Shown: positions 47,598 through 58,969 of the stretch, one piece after another
Layout of the letters: the number at the start of each line of letters is the position of its first letter
How positions within the stretch are numbered: position 1 is the stretch's first letter
NCBI GenBank assembly: GCA_950097015.1
Contig: CATNEN010000039.1
Location: forward strand, 17,360,001-17,424,000
From: Macrostomum hystrix
Lineage: Eukaryota > Animalia > Platyhelminthes
Reading direction: 5' to 3'
Length of the DNA: 64,000 nucleotides
The notes under the pieces: generated by a model
What the model was told of the DNA's origin: nothing
The model's input: only the letters and a program-made list of their open reading frames with translations
Database searches by the model: none
Position numbers and translations under genes: made by a program

Positions 47598-50500
47598 TTA
47601 ATTATCCACACCAGCCTGGGTCATCAGTTCGGCCACATTTCTCTCAATGTCATCAATGCGGGTGCCCATCTCATCCATGCGGCTGCTGATTTGATCTGAC
47701 ATCTCCTGGAATCGCTGCTGCATCTGCTCCAACGAGTTTTGGATCTGTTGAATAGACAGATTAGAAATAATATATGTTGACAATGTCTACATTGTACATT
47801 GATAGATATGCAATTTATTATATTTCTTGAATTTACACTTATCGGAAATATAATTTAAGATTACAGAGAGAGTCAAACTAGATGTTTGCTCTTACAATGG
47901 TATTATAAGCTCAGAAAATTGCCTAGTTGGGCAACCTTAACTTAGAATTACCTTTATGTTAAACTAAAAATGTTTATAGATAGACACTTTGCTAGCCGTA
48001 GGTCCAGTGTCACCAAATTATGTGAAATTGCTTGCAGCCCTCCTGCAATAATTATTTTAATTTAAGCTAAGAAAACAAATTTATAAAGTTTAGCTAACAT
48101 ATAGAGCAAAGTTATTTAATTGATTGACATGTATATTCTGAGGTGAATAAAAGTCTGAGTTTGATATTTCCCAAATTGGGATCAAAACAAGTTAGTTTCA
48201 ATTTCCATCTAATCTACAAAATTCTAATTAAAAATTCAAAATGATAAACTAGGATTTAGCTGAGGATTTTAGCACATGAAAAAGTCAATGTCTCTATTCA
48301 TACATGTGCAACCTCCCAAATCTTAGCTGGCCATGCGACTTTTTTGCTCTATTTACAACTTAGTTCATTTCATTGCTCTATTTACAACTTAGTTCATTTC
48401 ATTGCTCTATTTACAACTTAGTTTGCTCTCCTTTTCTCTCCCCTTTTTCCTTTTCTTCATTCATTCCTTTTTTGTCCCTTGGTCCCCCCTTTGATTTTTT
48501 TCACTTGGTTGATTGGTTTTTGCGACTTACCTTGCTTGGCCCTCGTTTCACCTGGCTAGTTTGGCCGGGTGTTTTGCATGTATACTTCTATTCTAATACA
48601 CTTCCTAATAAACGAACCAAACTAGAAAGGGATACACACTAACAAAGTTATATAAGTTTATATTGCTGACAAAATTACCAGTTGACAAATGAAAAGCTGA
48701 CAAATTGATTAGCACCCTTTCTTATTGTTGGTCTATTGCATATATTTTTGATAGTCAAAATTGCCAACACTACCACTTTTCAACCATGGAACCAGCCCGC
48801 ATCAGTTATTTCTTAGAGATAAATAATTAATAACAATGATTACACCTGCCCCAATTGGGCCAGATATGCAACTGACAACAGAGTTATAGCTGTTAGGTGC
48901 AATACATGAATGCTATGTATAGCTGTTCAGTCCATGGACTGGGGGATACCATACCCATCCACAATTATCCCAGCTAATGCTGTTACCAAATTGACAGCTG
49001 TGTGAACTGAAGCAAATGCGGCTATGGTGGAGTTCCGTTCGTTATATTATTTTGCAATTTGAAATGACTGCGGACAGGTTAAACAAGTTTTATGACCAAC
49101 GCAGCAACATTTAAACAACACGAGGACACTCAGAAAAGTTCATCAGAGGTTCATCAGTTCCTTATCTGTTCATCAAGTTGGATAATAGTGGGACACCCAA
49201 TACATGAAGTTGACTGGGTATAGACGGCGCCACATGTACTCCTGCAGATGTGACTCAAATAGTGCATCCGATGTGCCATGCATCTGTCGCAGCCTGGCCT
49301 TGTCTCCACTGCCTCCGATGCGACACTCTTGTCTGATGTCCTTCAGCAGCGTCTTCAAGGACCACCAGTAAATGAAGTCCACCAGTTGGCATAGTGTCAG
49401 GCAGTGTTGGGCAAGTTACTTTAAAAAAGTAACTTCCGGTCAAGTAACTTCCGGTTCTAAAGAAAGTAACTTCCGGTAGTAGTTCCGGTACCGGCACTCG
49501 AAAAAAAAAGTAACTTCCGGTTCTTCGGCACCGGTACTTTCTACTTTTGAAAAATCGCGTGTTAAAGAAGGGCTTAATTATGTTTTTATTATTAAAAAAC
49601 TAATAATAACATGCCTTTGCAACTGCCAACTTGTCTAGAGTAAAACCAAGTGGAAAATGATTAAATGAAATTATTGAAAACGAAAAATTAATTTCTGAAA
49701 ACCTATATTTTTATGGTTTTTGCTTCTTTTTCCAGCACTAAGGTTCAATCCTTGCTGTGGCAGAACTTTACCAATTACCACTCAAAAGTTTGGCCTGCAC
49801 AACTAAAAAAGCTGAAAAAAAATTAGATTTGCATGTATTTTACACCATAACATTACATTAAGTTTAAATTTGAATAAAGCGTGCGCAAATAGACTAAACG
49901 TGATCAGTAAAAAATGAAAATTCGAAAATTGAAAAATCGCGCTTCTGTTTGACGATAATTCGCGCCTGCCCTCAGAAATCGCATATTCGCGCCTCAATCA
50001 CACCACTGAATAACTAACAACACAAGAGTCTTACAAACTAATGACATAAAGTGACAACTCTAAAAAAGTGGAAAGAGTAGCTCTAGTGGCGCTGCTGCCC
50101 TGCTGATAATTACCTTTATTAATTCAATAACCTTTTAAGCCCTGAAAAAACTACTTTGACATTTAGACAATTTAGCCTAGGTTAACAGCTGAGAAAAAAA
50201 GTTTGCATGCTTCTTAAAAGGAACCCCCATAATTTAAACTTGAAAGCTTTAGCACTAGTGTAAAAGCTAGATATAGACAGTCATGTTGTCACAATTCACA
50301 TCAAATGCCTGTTGCCGCGAAGTAGTACAAGGCGGTTTAGTGTCGCGTCGGCAAGAGGTGCTCGCTTTGCTCGAATTAAAAATTTAATTTTTAAAGAACC
50401 AAAAAGTTGTTAAAATTCACCAACTAAATAAAATTCGAAATTTCTCGGCATTTCTTACGACATTATGAACTGATGATATGAAAATTCTTTCAATTTGTAT

Positions 50501-51527
50501 GTTTTCTTTACTTTCTTTCTCTTTTTTTCTCTGCATTTAAAAAAGTGCCGGAAGTACCGGACTTAACAAAAAGTAACTTCCGATACCCTGGTCCGGCACT
50601 ACAAAAAAAAGAACCGGAAAAAAGTGCCGCTTTAAAAAACAGTAACAAGTGCCGGAAGTGCCGGAAGGTTGCCCAACACTGGTGTCAGGTGGCTTCCCTC
50701 GAAGAATGAGCCCTTCCTGACTGACTCTTGTCCTGATTGAACTTGAGCCGATAAGGTCTTGACTTGAGCCAACAGTCAATTTTAGACCATAGACATACAT
50801 ATGCCACGTCATGCCAAATCGTCTGTTGCATTACCGGGCTTTTGGCACCATTTTGAAATTGAAAAATAATATAACGAACGGAACTCCACCATAGCCGCAA
50901 ATGCATAGTCAAGTGTCTTGCTAAAGAACACAAATAGTTCTAGTGGAGTTAGGAATCAACCTTCAAGTTGTGAGTCCAGCAATCTAACCACAAGGCTGCA
51001 ACCTCTGCATAAGAGATAAAACAACATTAAATTAATTATGAATGATATAGTCAATATGCAACTAGCTAAATGCTTTCAAATTCTAGGTTTTAAATTCAAT
51101 AATCCATATTGTTAATGCCAGCACAAGAAAAAATGCTTCTTGTTCATATTGTGAAAAGCATCATAATAAAGCATAATACATAAAAAGCATGACTTTCTTT
51201 CAAAAAAATGTTTAGCTATGCAAGACATAACTAGTCTTATAACGAGCTGTTATAAAACATCAAAACAAACACTAGCAACTGGCAAGTGCCATGACAGTGG
51301 CATAAGCATTTTTTAGAACCATGCTTACACAGCTTACGAGACTCGTACTCAGACTCAGAATTACACGGCTTACGCGCTTTAAATAGAAATTATCAGTTAA
51401 AATCACAAAAACTTACATATGTGTTTAATTCGGCTACATTTTTAGGATCAGTAGATGGCACACAAGATCCACCTCCTGATGTAATCTTGTGTTGATTTTC
51501 GCGAGAATGATTAGCAGTTGAAGACAT
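47598..51527 (-). CDS. HSBP1: Heat shock factor-binding protein 1 (~85 aa); exons 51527-51417, 47744-47598
   Basis: ...TDPKNVAELNTY|IQNSLEQMQQRFQEMSDQISSRMDEMGTRIDDIERNVAELMTQAGV matches the HSBP1 coiled coil (DPK..QDLT...MQDKFQTMSDQII.RIDDM..RIDDLEKNIADLMTQAGV); GT-AG phase-0 intron. Confidence 0.92.
48344..48424 (+). repeat. 29-bp tandem repeat, ~2.7 copies
   Basis: TTGCTCTATTTACAACTTAGTTCATTTCA. Confidence 0.85.
49020..50896 (-). mobile_element. Internally deleted Merlin (IS1595-related) DNA transposon
   Basis: 34-bp perfect TIR starting GGCTATGGTGGAGTTCCGTTCG; 8-bp TSD GCAAATGC at 49012-49019 and 50897-50904. After removing the nested insert, the transposase remnant reads SVRKGSFFEGSHLTLCQLVDFIYWWS...MHGTSDALFESHLQEYMWRR; the DDE core is missing. 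Confidence 0.88.
49402..50681. mobile_element. 1280-bp non-autonomous hAT-like element nested in the Merlin
   Basis: 13-bp perfect TIR CAGTGTTGGGCAA; 8-bp TSD GTGTCAGG at 49394-49401 and 50682-50689; subterminal AAGTAACTTCCG(G)/CCGGAAGT repeats at both ends. Confidence 0.87.
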
Positions 51528-52747
51528 ATTAAAAACTAAAGACTTGTTGTATAGACAAAAAGCTTTGGCAGTAAAAAATAGTGTCAATCGGTGAATTTCT
51601 CTTAAAACTAATGCGGTACTGCGAGAAGAGACTGTCACTAATTAGCGCACCAGTAATAAACTAACGCTTAATTTCGTTGTCAACAAACAGCAATTTTAAA
51701 ACAAACTTTAAAATTTATTTGCTGCTTTAATAAAACAAAACATAACGTATTTACTATTTTACATCGTTGGACTCTGTAAAAGCAAGAATTTAAATATTTG
51801 TATTTTCAACTGTTCTGTGTTTTCTTAGATCCAGCACATTGATTGTACAAACATTGTTGTCTCACATCACGTCACATCACTCACATCACAAAACTATTTA
51901 GGCATGCAACAGTCTTAGACAATGACAGGCGCCAGAAGATTTAGGCAGCAGATTAGATTACGAACTGGAGGAACTGGAGTAGTGCTGTGAAAATAAGCGG
52001 TAGTTGCAGGTCGGCTGGCTGCAAAATTTAGGTCTAAAGCATCACATCCGCATTTGGATGGATAGATGAAGATGTACCTGTTCGTCGGAGAGCAATTAAT
52101 GCCAAGACCAGTTTACTCCCGAAGCGCCTAAAAGTGGCTGATTACTTGAGGCTTTCGGAAAGAGCATACAACTCTGGTTTTAGGGCCATTGCAGAGTGCT
52201 TCTTCGTGAAGGAGTCGAGTTCAAGGTGCGCCTTTATTTACTATCTGATGGTGTAAAGCTATTGTGCTTCATGATAAATAGACGAAAATATAATGACGAA
52301 TCATTAATTATGAATAAAGCTTTCAAAATTGGTTGATGCAACATGTTTTGCAAGATGTACTAAAAGAAGGGCATAGGATCTACTTCAAATAATATGTTAT
52401 CAGCATTAGAATGTCAAGAAACGTGAAAATTAGTTCCGATCTAGCTAGTGAATTTTTCCATGAAAATCAGTATTTAATAAATTTTCCAAGAAACTGAGTG
52501 TCCCCTCCTTTTTCTTCCAGCGGTCCTTGGACAATGCATCACTAACCGCAGCAATCAAGCTAGTGTTGGACGCAAACGAGGACATGATCGAAAATTTCCA
52601 AGTGCCTGAAACAATCAACACTGATGACGTCTTTCTGAAGCCTGAAGTCAGATATTTTTTATCAAATTCGCGCTGCCCACAGAGGGCAGTTGTACTTTTC
52701 GCAATCTAAGTACCTCTTGGTCGAATAAAGCTAACATCCCTACTTCT

Positions 52748-53152
52748 GGCATTATTGGCTACTGTCGACAGAGTTCTCCTCTGTACGACTGCATCACCGT
52801 TACTGAGCACCTGCAAATGTATGCCTCTATTCATGGCGTAGTATCCGAGGCGGTCACGAAGCGGATCACCTAGCTGTTTACTAAATACTTTTGACCTTCT
52901 GAGGTGCAAGAACAACCGGGTCGGCGAGCTGCCAGCAGGTGAAAAGTGACGACTATGCATGGCCATCGCCCTACTGGGTAATCCGGCGCTAATAATGTTG
53001 GACCAGGCCACTTTCGGAGCTGATTACAAAGTGCCGCATGCAGGCTGTCATCCGGAAGATGCGCCACTGATCAGACCGATCTGTGCTCATCGGCACTGAC
53101 AGATTCGAGGAAGTCGATGGCCTCTGCGATCGAGTCAGCGTCATTGCTGACT
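52748..53152 (+). pseudogene. ABCA-subfamily ABC transporter nucleotide-binding domain pseudogene
   Basis: Hand translation: IGYCRQSSPLYDCITVTEHLQMYASIHGV...*(52871), frameshift, ...RVGELPAGEK*RLCMAIALLGNPALIMLDQATFGAD, frameshift, ...RH*SDRSVLIGTDRFEEVDGLCDRVSVI. This follows the ABCA pattern IGYCPQ..LTV.EHL..YA..G / LSGG.KR.L..AIAL.G.P....LDEPT.G.D / TTH.MEE...LCDR. Possible upstream exon remnants lie at ~52184-52226 and 52521-52646. Confidence 0.8.
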
Positions 53153-53662
53153 GCATGTAGATACTGTGACGAAATAACTGGCAACAGAGTCAGGCGTAAC
53201 TCAATCCCAATTGTAGTTAGAATCCTCGTAAGTCAATGTAGCGGTAGCACTTTTATATTGATCTCGTTTATTCGCACTGGGACATACGACAAGCAGGATG
53301 ATTTGGTCAGGCGCAGGAGCTCAATGGTAACAATGTGACAGGTGCAATAACTGTTAGTAGAGAAGTAATTGACAGGACCCTGCTGCGTTAATTCGACAGC
53401 TTTCAACCATCTGAACAAACAGAATTAGCTTAAGCTCTTTGTGCAATATTTTTTGTTACTTTTTTGTTAAAATGCTAGCAGAATTTTTAACCATAAAATA
53501 ACATGTAAACAGCCAGAAAATAATTTGCGGGTTCTTTCTAAATCAGATTTTTTTTTCAAGATAATAACGGTTTTTACCAATGCGCACCAACAATATGGTA
53601 CTCGCAATTTTAACCTTTCTTACTTACGTCACAGTTTTTAAGCATAGTTGTTTTAATCAAAA

Positions 53663-55075
53663 TTAACACACTTTCGCGCCAATCTCAAAAACTGCTCGCC
53701 GCTCCGATCTGTTGCTATGCCATCGCATCAGCCTCAAAATGCAGCGTTTGAAACGAGGGTTCCGTAGCGTCATCACCGGAAAATTCCCAACCTGGCTCAC
53801 CAACGACAGGGCCAGCAGAGCCCAGAGCGACTCCGTCAGGGCCCGCACTGTCTCCTGGTTCATCTGCTGAGGAAGAAATCGAAGAGTCCAGAAGAGTGCA
53901 ATTTGCGGTGCGCTGCAGACCAGAGCCAATAGGGACAGGGCGACGACATTTGCTGCGCCGTTCAGACTTTGACCATCGCAGTCGCCTGAGGCACCACCGA
54001 CTTGCAGGTTGAGCTTTCGCTCTTTGACTACACGGGCGATGCAGCAGAGCAGGACACAGTCAGTCAGCAGGATGGCAAGCAGAACCAGAGTAGGCGGGTT
54101 GCACAGCAGGTTCCAGTAGAGCAAGGCGCTCACCCACCTATTCGTAATATAGCAACTAACCTGGCCATTTGGAAACGTAACCTGTGGATGCAATTAGAGT
54201 TACTGGCAGGTTTAACCAAAAAAAACTTATTAAAAGCTCAAAGTTTAACAGAAGTTGAGAAAATATTCTATTAAATTGACGGATTTTCTATGCAACTATG
54301 CAACAAAAAGTTTTATGAAAATTCATTATTTTGTACAATTTTCGCTCACAAGTACTGCAAACCTTAGCAACAACTGAAACTGAAGCTACCGTGAGGATGA
54401 GAAAGCCGAGAATTACTAAATTAATGAATGGTACAATTCTCAGACTCAATATAAGAGTATTTCCTAAATTGACCCACAAAAAGCAAGGAGTATCGTATAT
54501 ACCTGGGACATGAGGAACAGAACTGGAACGACCAAAATCACCGATGCGACGGCCGCCAAAAGCATCGACCGTAGAGCCGCCTGTGGACCCACAGTACGGA
54601 AGCGAAATGGAGCCAGCATGGACAGGGTGCGGTCCGCCACCATTGTCAGCAGAATCAAAGCTGGCAGCAGCTGGCAAAGGCTTTTCAGAAAAGAGCTCAG
54701 CCGACAGCCCCAGTCTCCGTGGTTGAGCAGTATGAAGCCAATCTGACCACCGCTCAGCCATGGAAGGCCCTTGTTCAAGAACAAGTCGGTGATTCCGATC
54801 ACCGTGACTGTGACCGCATCGGCCAATGCGATGCAACCAAAGTACACATTCTGCCTGGTCAGCGGGCGCAGACGAGACAGCGTCACATAGGCAACCAAGC
54901 CGTTGCCAAGGAGACCAAAGCTGATCAGCAGAGGCACGAAGCAGCCGCAGATGATGCCGACCATCTTGGAGACAGCGCAAGCGACGTTGCTCTTAGACTG
55001 GTCGTTCAGGCAAGGCAGGACTAGAGACATGAGGCTCTCGTAATAGTTGGACTGCCGAGTCTGATTCTCCATCAT
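53663..55075 (-). CDS. Orphan class A (rhodopsin-like) GPCR; exons 55075-54503, 54181-53663
   Basis: Seven hydrophobic segments with TM1 GLLGN, TM2 IALAD, TM3 Cys (WGCR) and DRT in place of DRY, ECL2 Cys (VSCY), TM6 CSAP, TM7 GNFPV and helix 8 NPRFKR; phase-0 GT-AG intron. Confidence 0.85.
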
Positions 55076-56035
55076 CCGCAAAGAAAGTCTCACAGGGTGT
55101 GCTGATCAGGCAAAGAAGGATTATCTAAAAACGCTTTGCCGAAGGGGTTCTAGTGGCTTTTATCAAAAATTAAAAAATATCTGTCCACAAACCCTCAGAT
55201 GGATTATTCGTCTTCTTGCGTCAAATGAAAACTAAAATAGACATCGATTTAATCAAACCTCGAGGCTTATCTGGTCCACAGTTTAATCACAGGTTTATGC
55301 CTTCTATGCCGAAAATTAATCTTTCAAAGACGAAATCGCACACCTGCATGACTTGGCTAGCATTTTTGAGTGGTCTATTGTGGCCAATTCCTTCCGTTTA
55401 TCACCCTCTTAAAAAGGCAAGATGCAAGATGATGATGACATTGATACGGCAGCTCGAGGCAGACTATAATTATTTTGAGAAATCAATCAAAGCGTTTTTT
55501 AATTAGATTTAGATAGTACAAACGACGCTAAAATTGCAGCAAAATAAATATCTTTGATATAAAAATAGAACACTCAAGAAAAATTATTTTTTGGAAGTAC
55601 TGCATATTACGAGCTTGAAGGTGAGCAGAATAAAGTGTGTTTAATAGCGGATGCCATAGTCATAAAAATGCTTTATGTTAGTGTTAGATGATCGGTTTGT
55701 CACTAATTTTCTTTCCACTATCTGCCACATCCAATCTAGTTCTTGCTGATTGCTTTGCAACTATTGTACTGCATTTTGAAAGTCTGCTGTCAAAAATTAT
55801 ACAACTTGTGAATACAGTGTCCCTAGTTTTAGTAGTACTTATTAGTCAAACAAATACTCGGACGTAGGTCAATAATGGTTTTTATTGCCTGCTTTTCTGC
55901 TTATGTGGATGGTCGCCGCTCAATTTTTGCTATAAATTACTACAAGTTACTATAAATTCAAAACGTGTTAACATATGTACAGTGTTAATATACTCAAAAT
56001 ATAATATCAAAATATAACTCAAAACTCAAAATACT

Positions 56036-56074
56036 CATGGGCTGATCCTCCATGGGCTGGAGGATCAGCCCATG
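56036..56074. repeat. Perfect 17-bp-stem hairpin
   Basis: CATGGGCTGATCCTCCA-TGGGC-TGGAGGATCAGCCCATG. Confidence 0.9.
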
Positions 56075-57122
56075 GCCCAGCCTCAGCCTGGAGGAGAAAG
56101 GTGAGTTATTGTGCTTCTACTCGGCCTCCCGGGCCGGTTATTAAGGAGTGTTATGAGGGTGATCGCATAAAAATTAGAATAAACAGAGCTAATCATTGTC
56201 CCCGGCACGCCCAGCTTGTTCTATCTATAACTGATCCCTACCCGGGCACAGCTGCCCTCGCTCCACTATTTGCTAGAGAACCCGTCGGAATTCCTATTAG
56301 AGTTAGATTGGAATTTTAGTTGCACGAATATTACGTTGGCGGTTGTTGCCTATTAATAGCCCTGATTTCCGCCCACCTAATTTTCAGAGATCACTCGCCG
56401 CAACCGCCCACGCGGATTACTTTCGCCATCCGTAAGTTGACGTGACCTAATTTCTAAATCTTACCCTCAACTAGCCACCAACCGATGGGTGGTGTTGCCC
56501 CCAAGGCACCATTGGAAATACCCACCAAATGAAATTGCTATCCCTTGTCTCAGCCATCCTATGATCCTTTGGCATAAACTTGAAGAGAGCATCACCCCTG
56601 CATGAACCACCATTGAATTCCCTGCCGATGCCCCACCTTGAAATCACAACCATAGCGACTTAACTACTAATTTCCACTAATGAAAACAAAATCTGCTCCT
56701 CCTTCCGCAGACATTGATTTGCCACCCGGGCAGGAGATGGCGCTGGCGACCATGGTTGCCGACTTAATGCGTGGGCCGACGGGCGTGGCCCTGGCGGTTG
56801 GCCTGATGGCGGCCACCGGCGTGTACTGAATATCGCGGCTCCGTCACTGACCTCTAAAGACATTATTTCCAATTCCACTGTCGGTGGTGATCACTGAATT
56901 ATTAAGGTGCCACTGAATACAAAGAAAAAGTTATTCCGCGTGGCATTTTATTAATTTTTGGTCAATTAAATTTTATTTATTCTACCGCGAAACAATATAG
57001 TATAGTTAATATAATATATATATATATATATATTCGAGCGTAATGATAATATATAATATATCTAATATAGTATAGCTACTGAACTTTTAAAATAACCTAT
57101 ATGCATCCCAGCTTTTTTTGCC

Positions 57123-57241
57123 AAGCCCCAAAGCCTTCTCTCCGCGGCTGCGCCCCAAATAAATGTGGCCTCGCCGTGGAATCGAACTTAGGGACCGTGG
57201 TGCGAGAGGCAAACGCGATAACCGCTCTGCCACCGACCCCC
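57123..57241 (-). mobile_element. SINE family A 5' portion with the clearest tRNA-like head
   Basis: Minus strand GGGTCGGTGGCAGAGCGG (A box)...AAGTTCGATTCC (B box), followed by the family body. Confidence 0.78.
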
Positions 57242-58129
57242 TAGCCCTCCTGCAAGTTAGGGCTCGTATTAGTATGCGCAATCCCACAAGAAATTAGTCC
57301 TCGTACTGTGCTTCAAATTTGAGTTGTCAACTGACCCAGGTGTTTTTGATACAATTAGATTACTCTCACTCTCCGAGGTGCTCGCTCCACGCTCGTGACA
57401 GCAGTACAGTTATTGTTTAAAGAAAGTCCGCTGAGCGACAGGAGCCACCCGTGACAAAGCCAAGGGCTTGCCCCGGCTATTCCACAGAACGACCGCGGCT
57501 GTGCCTATAGATACAGATAAAATTACTCGTAAAAGGCTCGTGTACTTGAGGGTAGGCTCACCGCGGCTTTCGCTTAATTTGACGAATAAAATTCCGAACT
57601 GATTTATTCCATCGAGTATTATTACTTAAATTGAGTAAATTGAAATTTTTTAACTATCCTTAGTTTTCACTGAATAATTTCTACTATTGATCAGGTTACG
57701 TATTGAAGCCTAATCTAATGGACGGTGATAGTGTTGACTTGCTGCTCCGTAATTGATGTAGATGAAATGCGCCAAGGGTAAGTTCGCATGGATAAAATGT
57801 ATTGTACATATATAGATTGAGAGCGAAGAATAGTTCACTTTACTGGCTATAAAATCTTATAAAAATATAGCTAATATAGTATAGCTACTGAACTTTTCAA
57901 ATAACCTATATGCGTCCCAGCTTTTTTTGCCACGTGGCTGGTTCAGTATGGGTAGGCATTGCACGGAAAAGCCGTGGAAAAGCCATGGAAAATCCACTAG
58001 ATTCTGCATCAGTTCCGGTGCATAGTAATTATTTTCAGAGATCACTCGCCGGGGAGGCAACAAAGGCAACAAGACAATTGTTCTCTTTTAGTTCGCATAC
58101 TGTTCTCAGAGCTTAAAGACCAAGTGTGT

Positions 58130-58609
58130 TAAAATTCACTGGGAAAACTTTCAATTTGATTTGCAAAGTTCAGCCATTTCTATTAGTTTCAAGAGAGATT
58201 TCTGCCGTGAAAAATATCTATCAAATGTTTCAAACCCGGAACACAGACGCATACTGTCAAATTTTCGTTTAGGAAATCACAGATTGGCGTGCGAAACAAT
58301 ACGTCCTGTTCGCCCAAATATACCTTATGAAAACAGAATTTGCCTGATGTGCAATGTCGAGGTCGAAAATGAAGTACATTTTCTTTTCTGGTTCAACTGG
58401 GATCCTTATAAAGCGGTCAGGGAAAATTTCGTAGGAGACAGTTCATTCATTGTAAAAAACTTTCATAGTCTCACAGCAGAATACAAAAACCGCTTTTAAT
58501 TGCGCAAGAAAGTACAGAGGTAACAGGAATTCGCGAAATAATAAAATCAGCAAACTTGCTAATTAGCACTTAAGCAGCACGCAATCATTCTTATTATTAT
58601 TATTATTAT
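58130..58609 (+). mobile_element. 3' fragment of a non-LTR retrotransposon (LINE) ORF2 with a (TTA)n tail
   Basis: EKYL...RRILSNFRLGNHRLACET..RICLMCNVEVENEVHFLF...Y...R is the typical post-RT C-terminal Cys/His segment of LINE ORF2; (TTA)5 at 58592-58608. Confidence 0.72.
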
Positions 58610-58969
58610 AACGACACTCTATAGGTCGTTCCCTGTTCTAAAATTAGCCGCTTCGTCAAACGTTCCTTCTGAAAAACCTTCAACGCTGTAAAAGCACTTA
58701 TTATACTTTTTTTAAGCACAATGAAATATATAGATTTTACATTTATGTTCCTATACACTCTTATTCCATAGCACGTATTTTGTACGTAGCTCTGAAAGTA
58801 ATGAAAAAAATAATGATCGAAGGACAATTAGATAAGCTTAAATTTTCTAAGCCATTGGCTAATGGCAATAGAGACCGGCTATTTCGGGTATCAATCTTTG
58901 ACATTGCGCTGCGCGCCCTCGGTCACAGCCATTAATATCCTCAACAGCCGGTCTTTATATTTACATTAA

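Larger units (their letters stand above)
48838..51005 (-). mobile_element. SINE family B copy split by the Merlin insertion (48838-49019 and 50897-51005)
   Basis: The two halves match the two halves of the uninterrupted copy at 59760-59974 (ATTACACCTGC.CC.ATTGGG...; GTGTCTTGCTAAA..ACACAAA..GTTCTAGTGGAGT.AGGAATC). Confidence 0.7.

Noticed and set aside
54288-54502. Hydrophobic reading in the GPCR intron as an alternative TM5 exon
   Set aside because: It is out of frame with exon 1, has no clear acceptor, and T-rich DNA readily yields hydrophobic codons.
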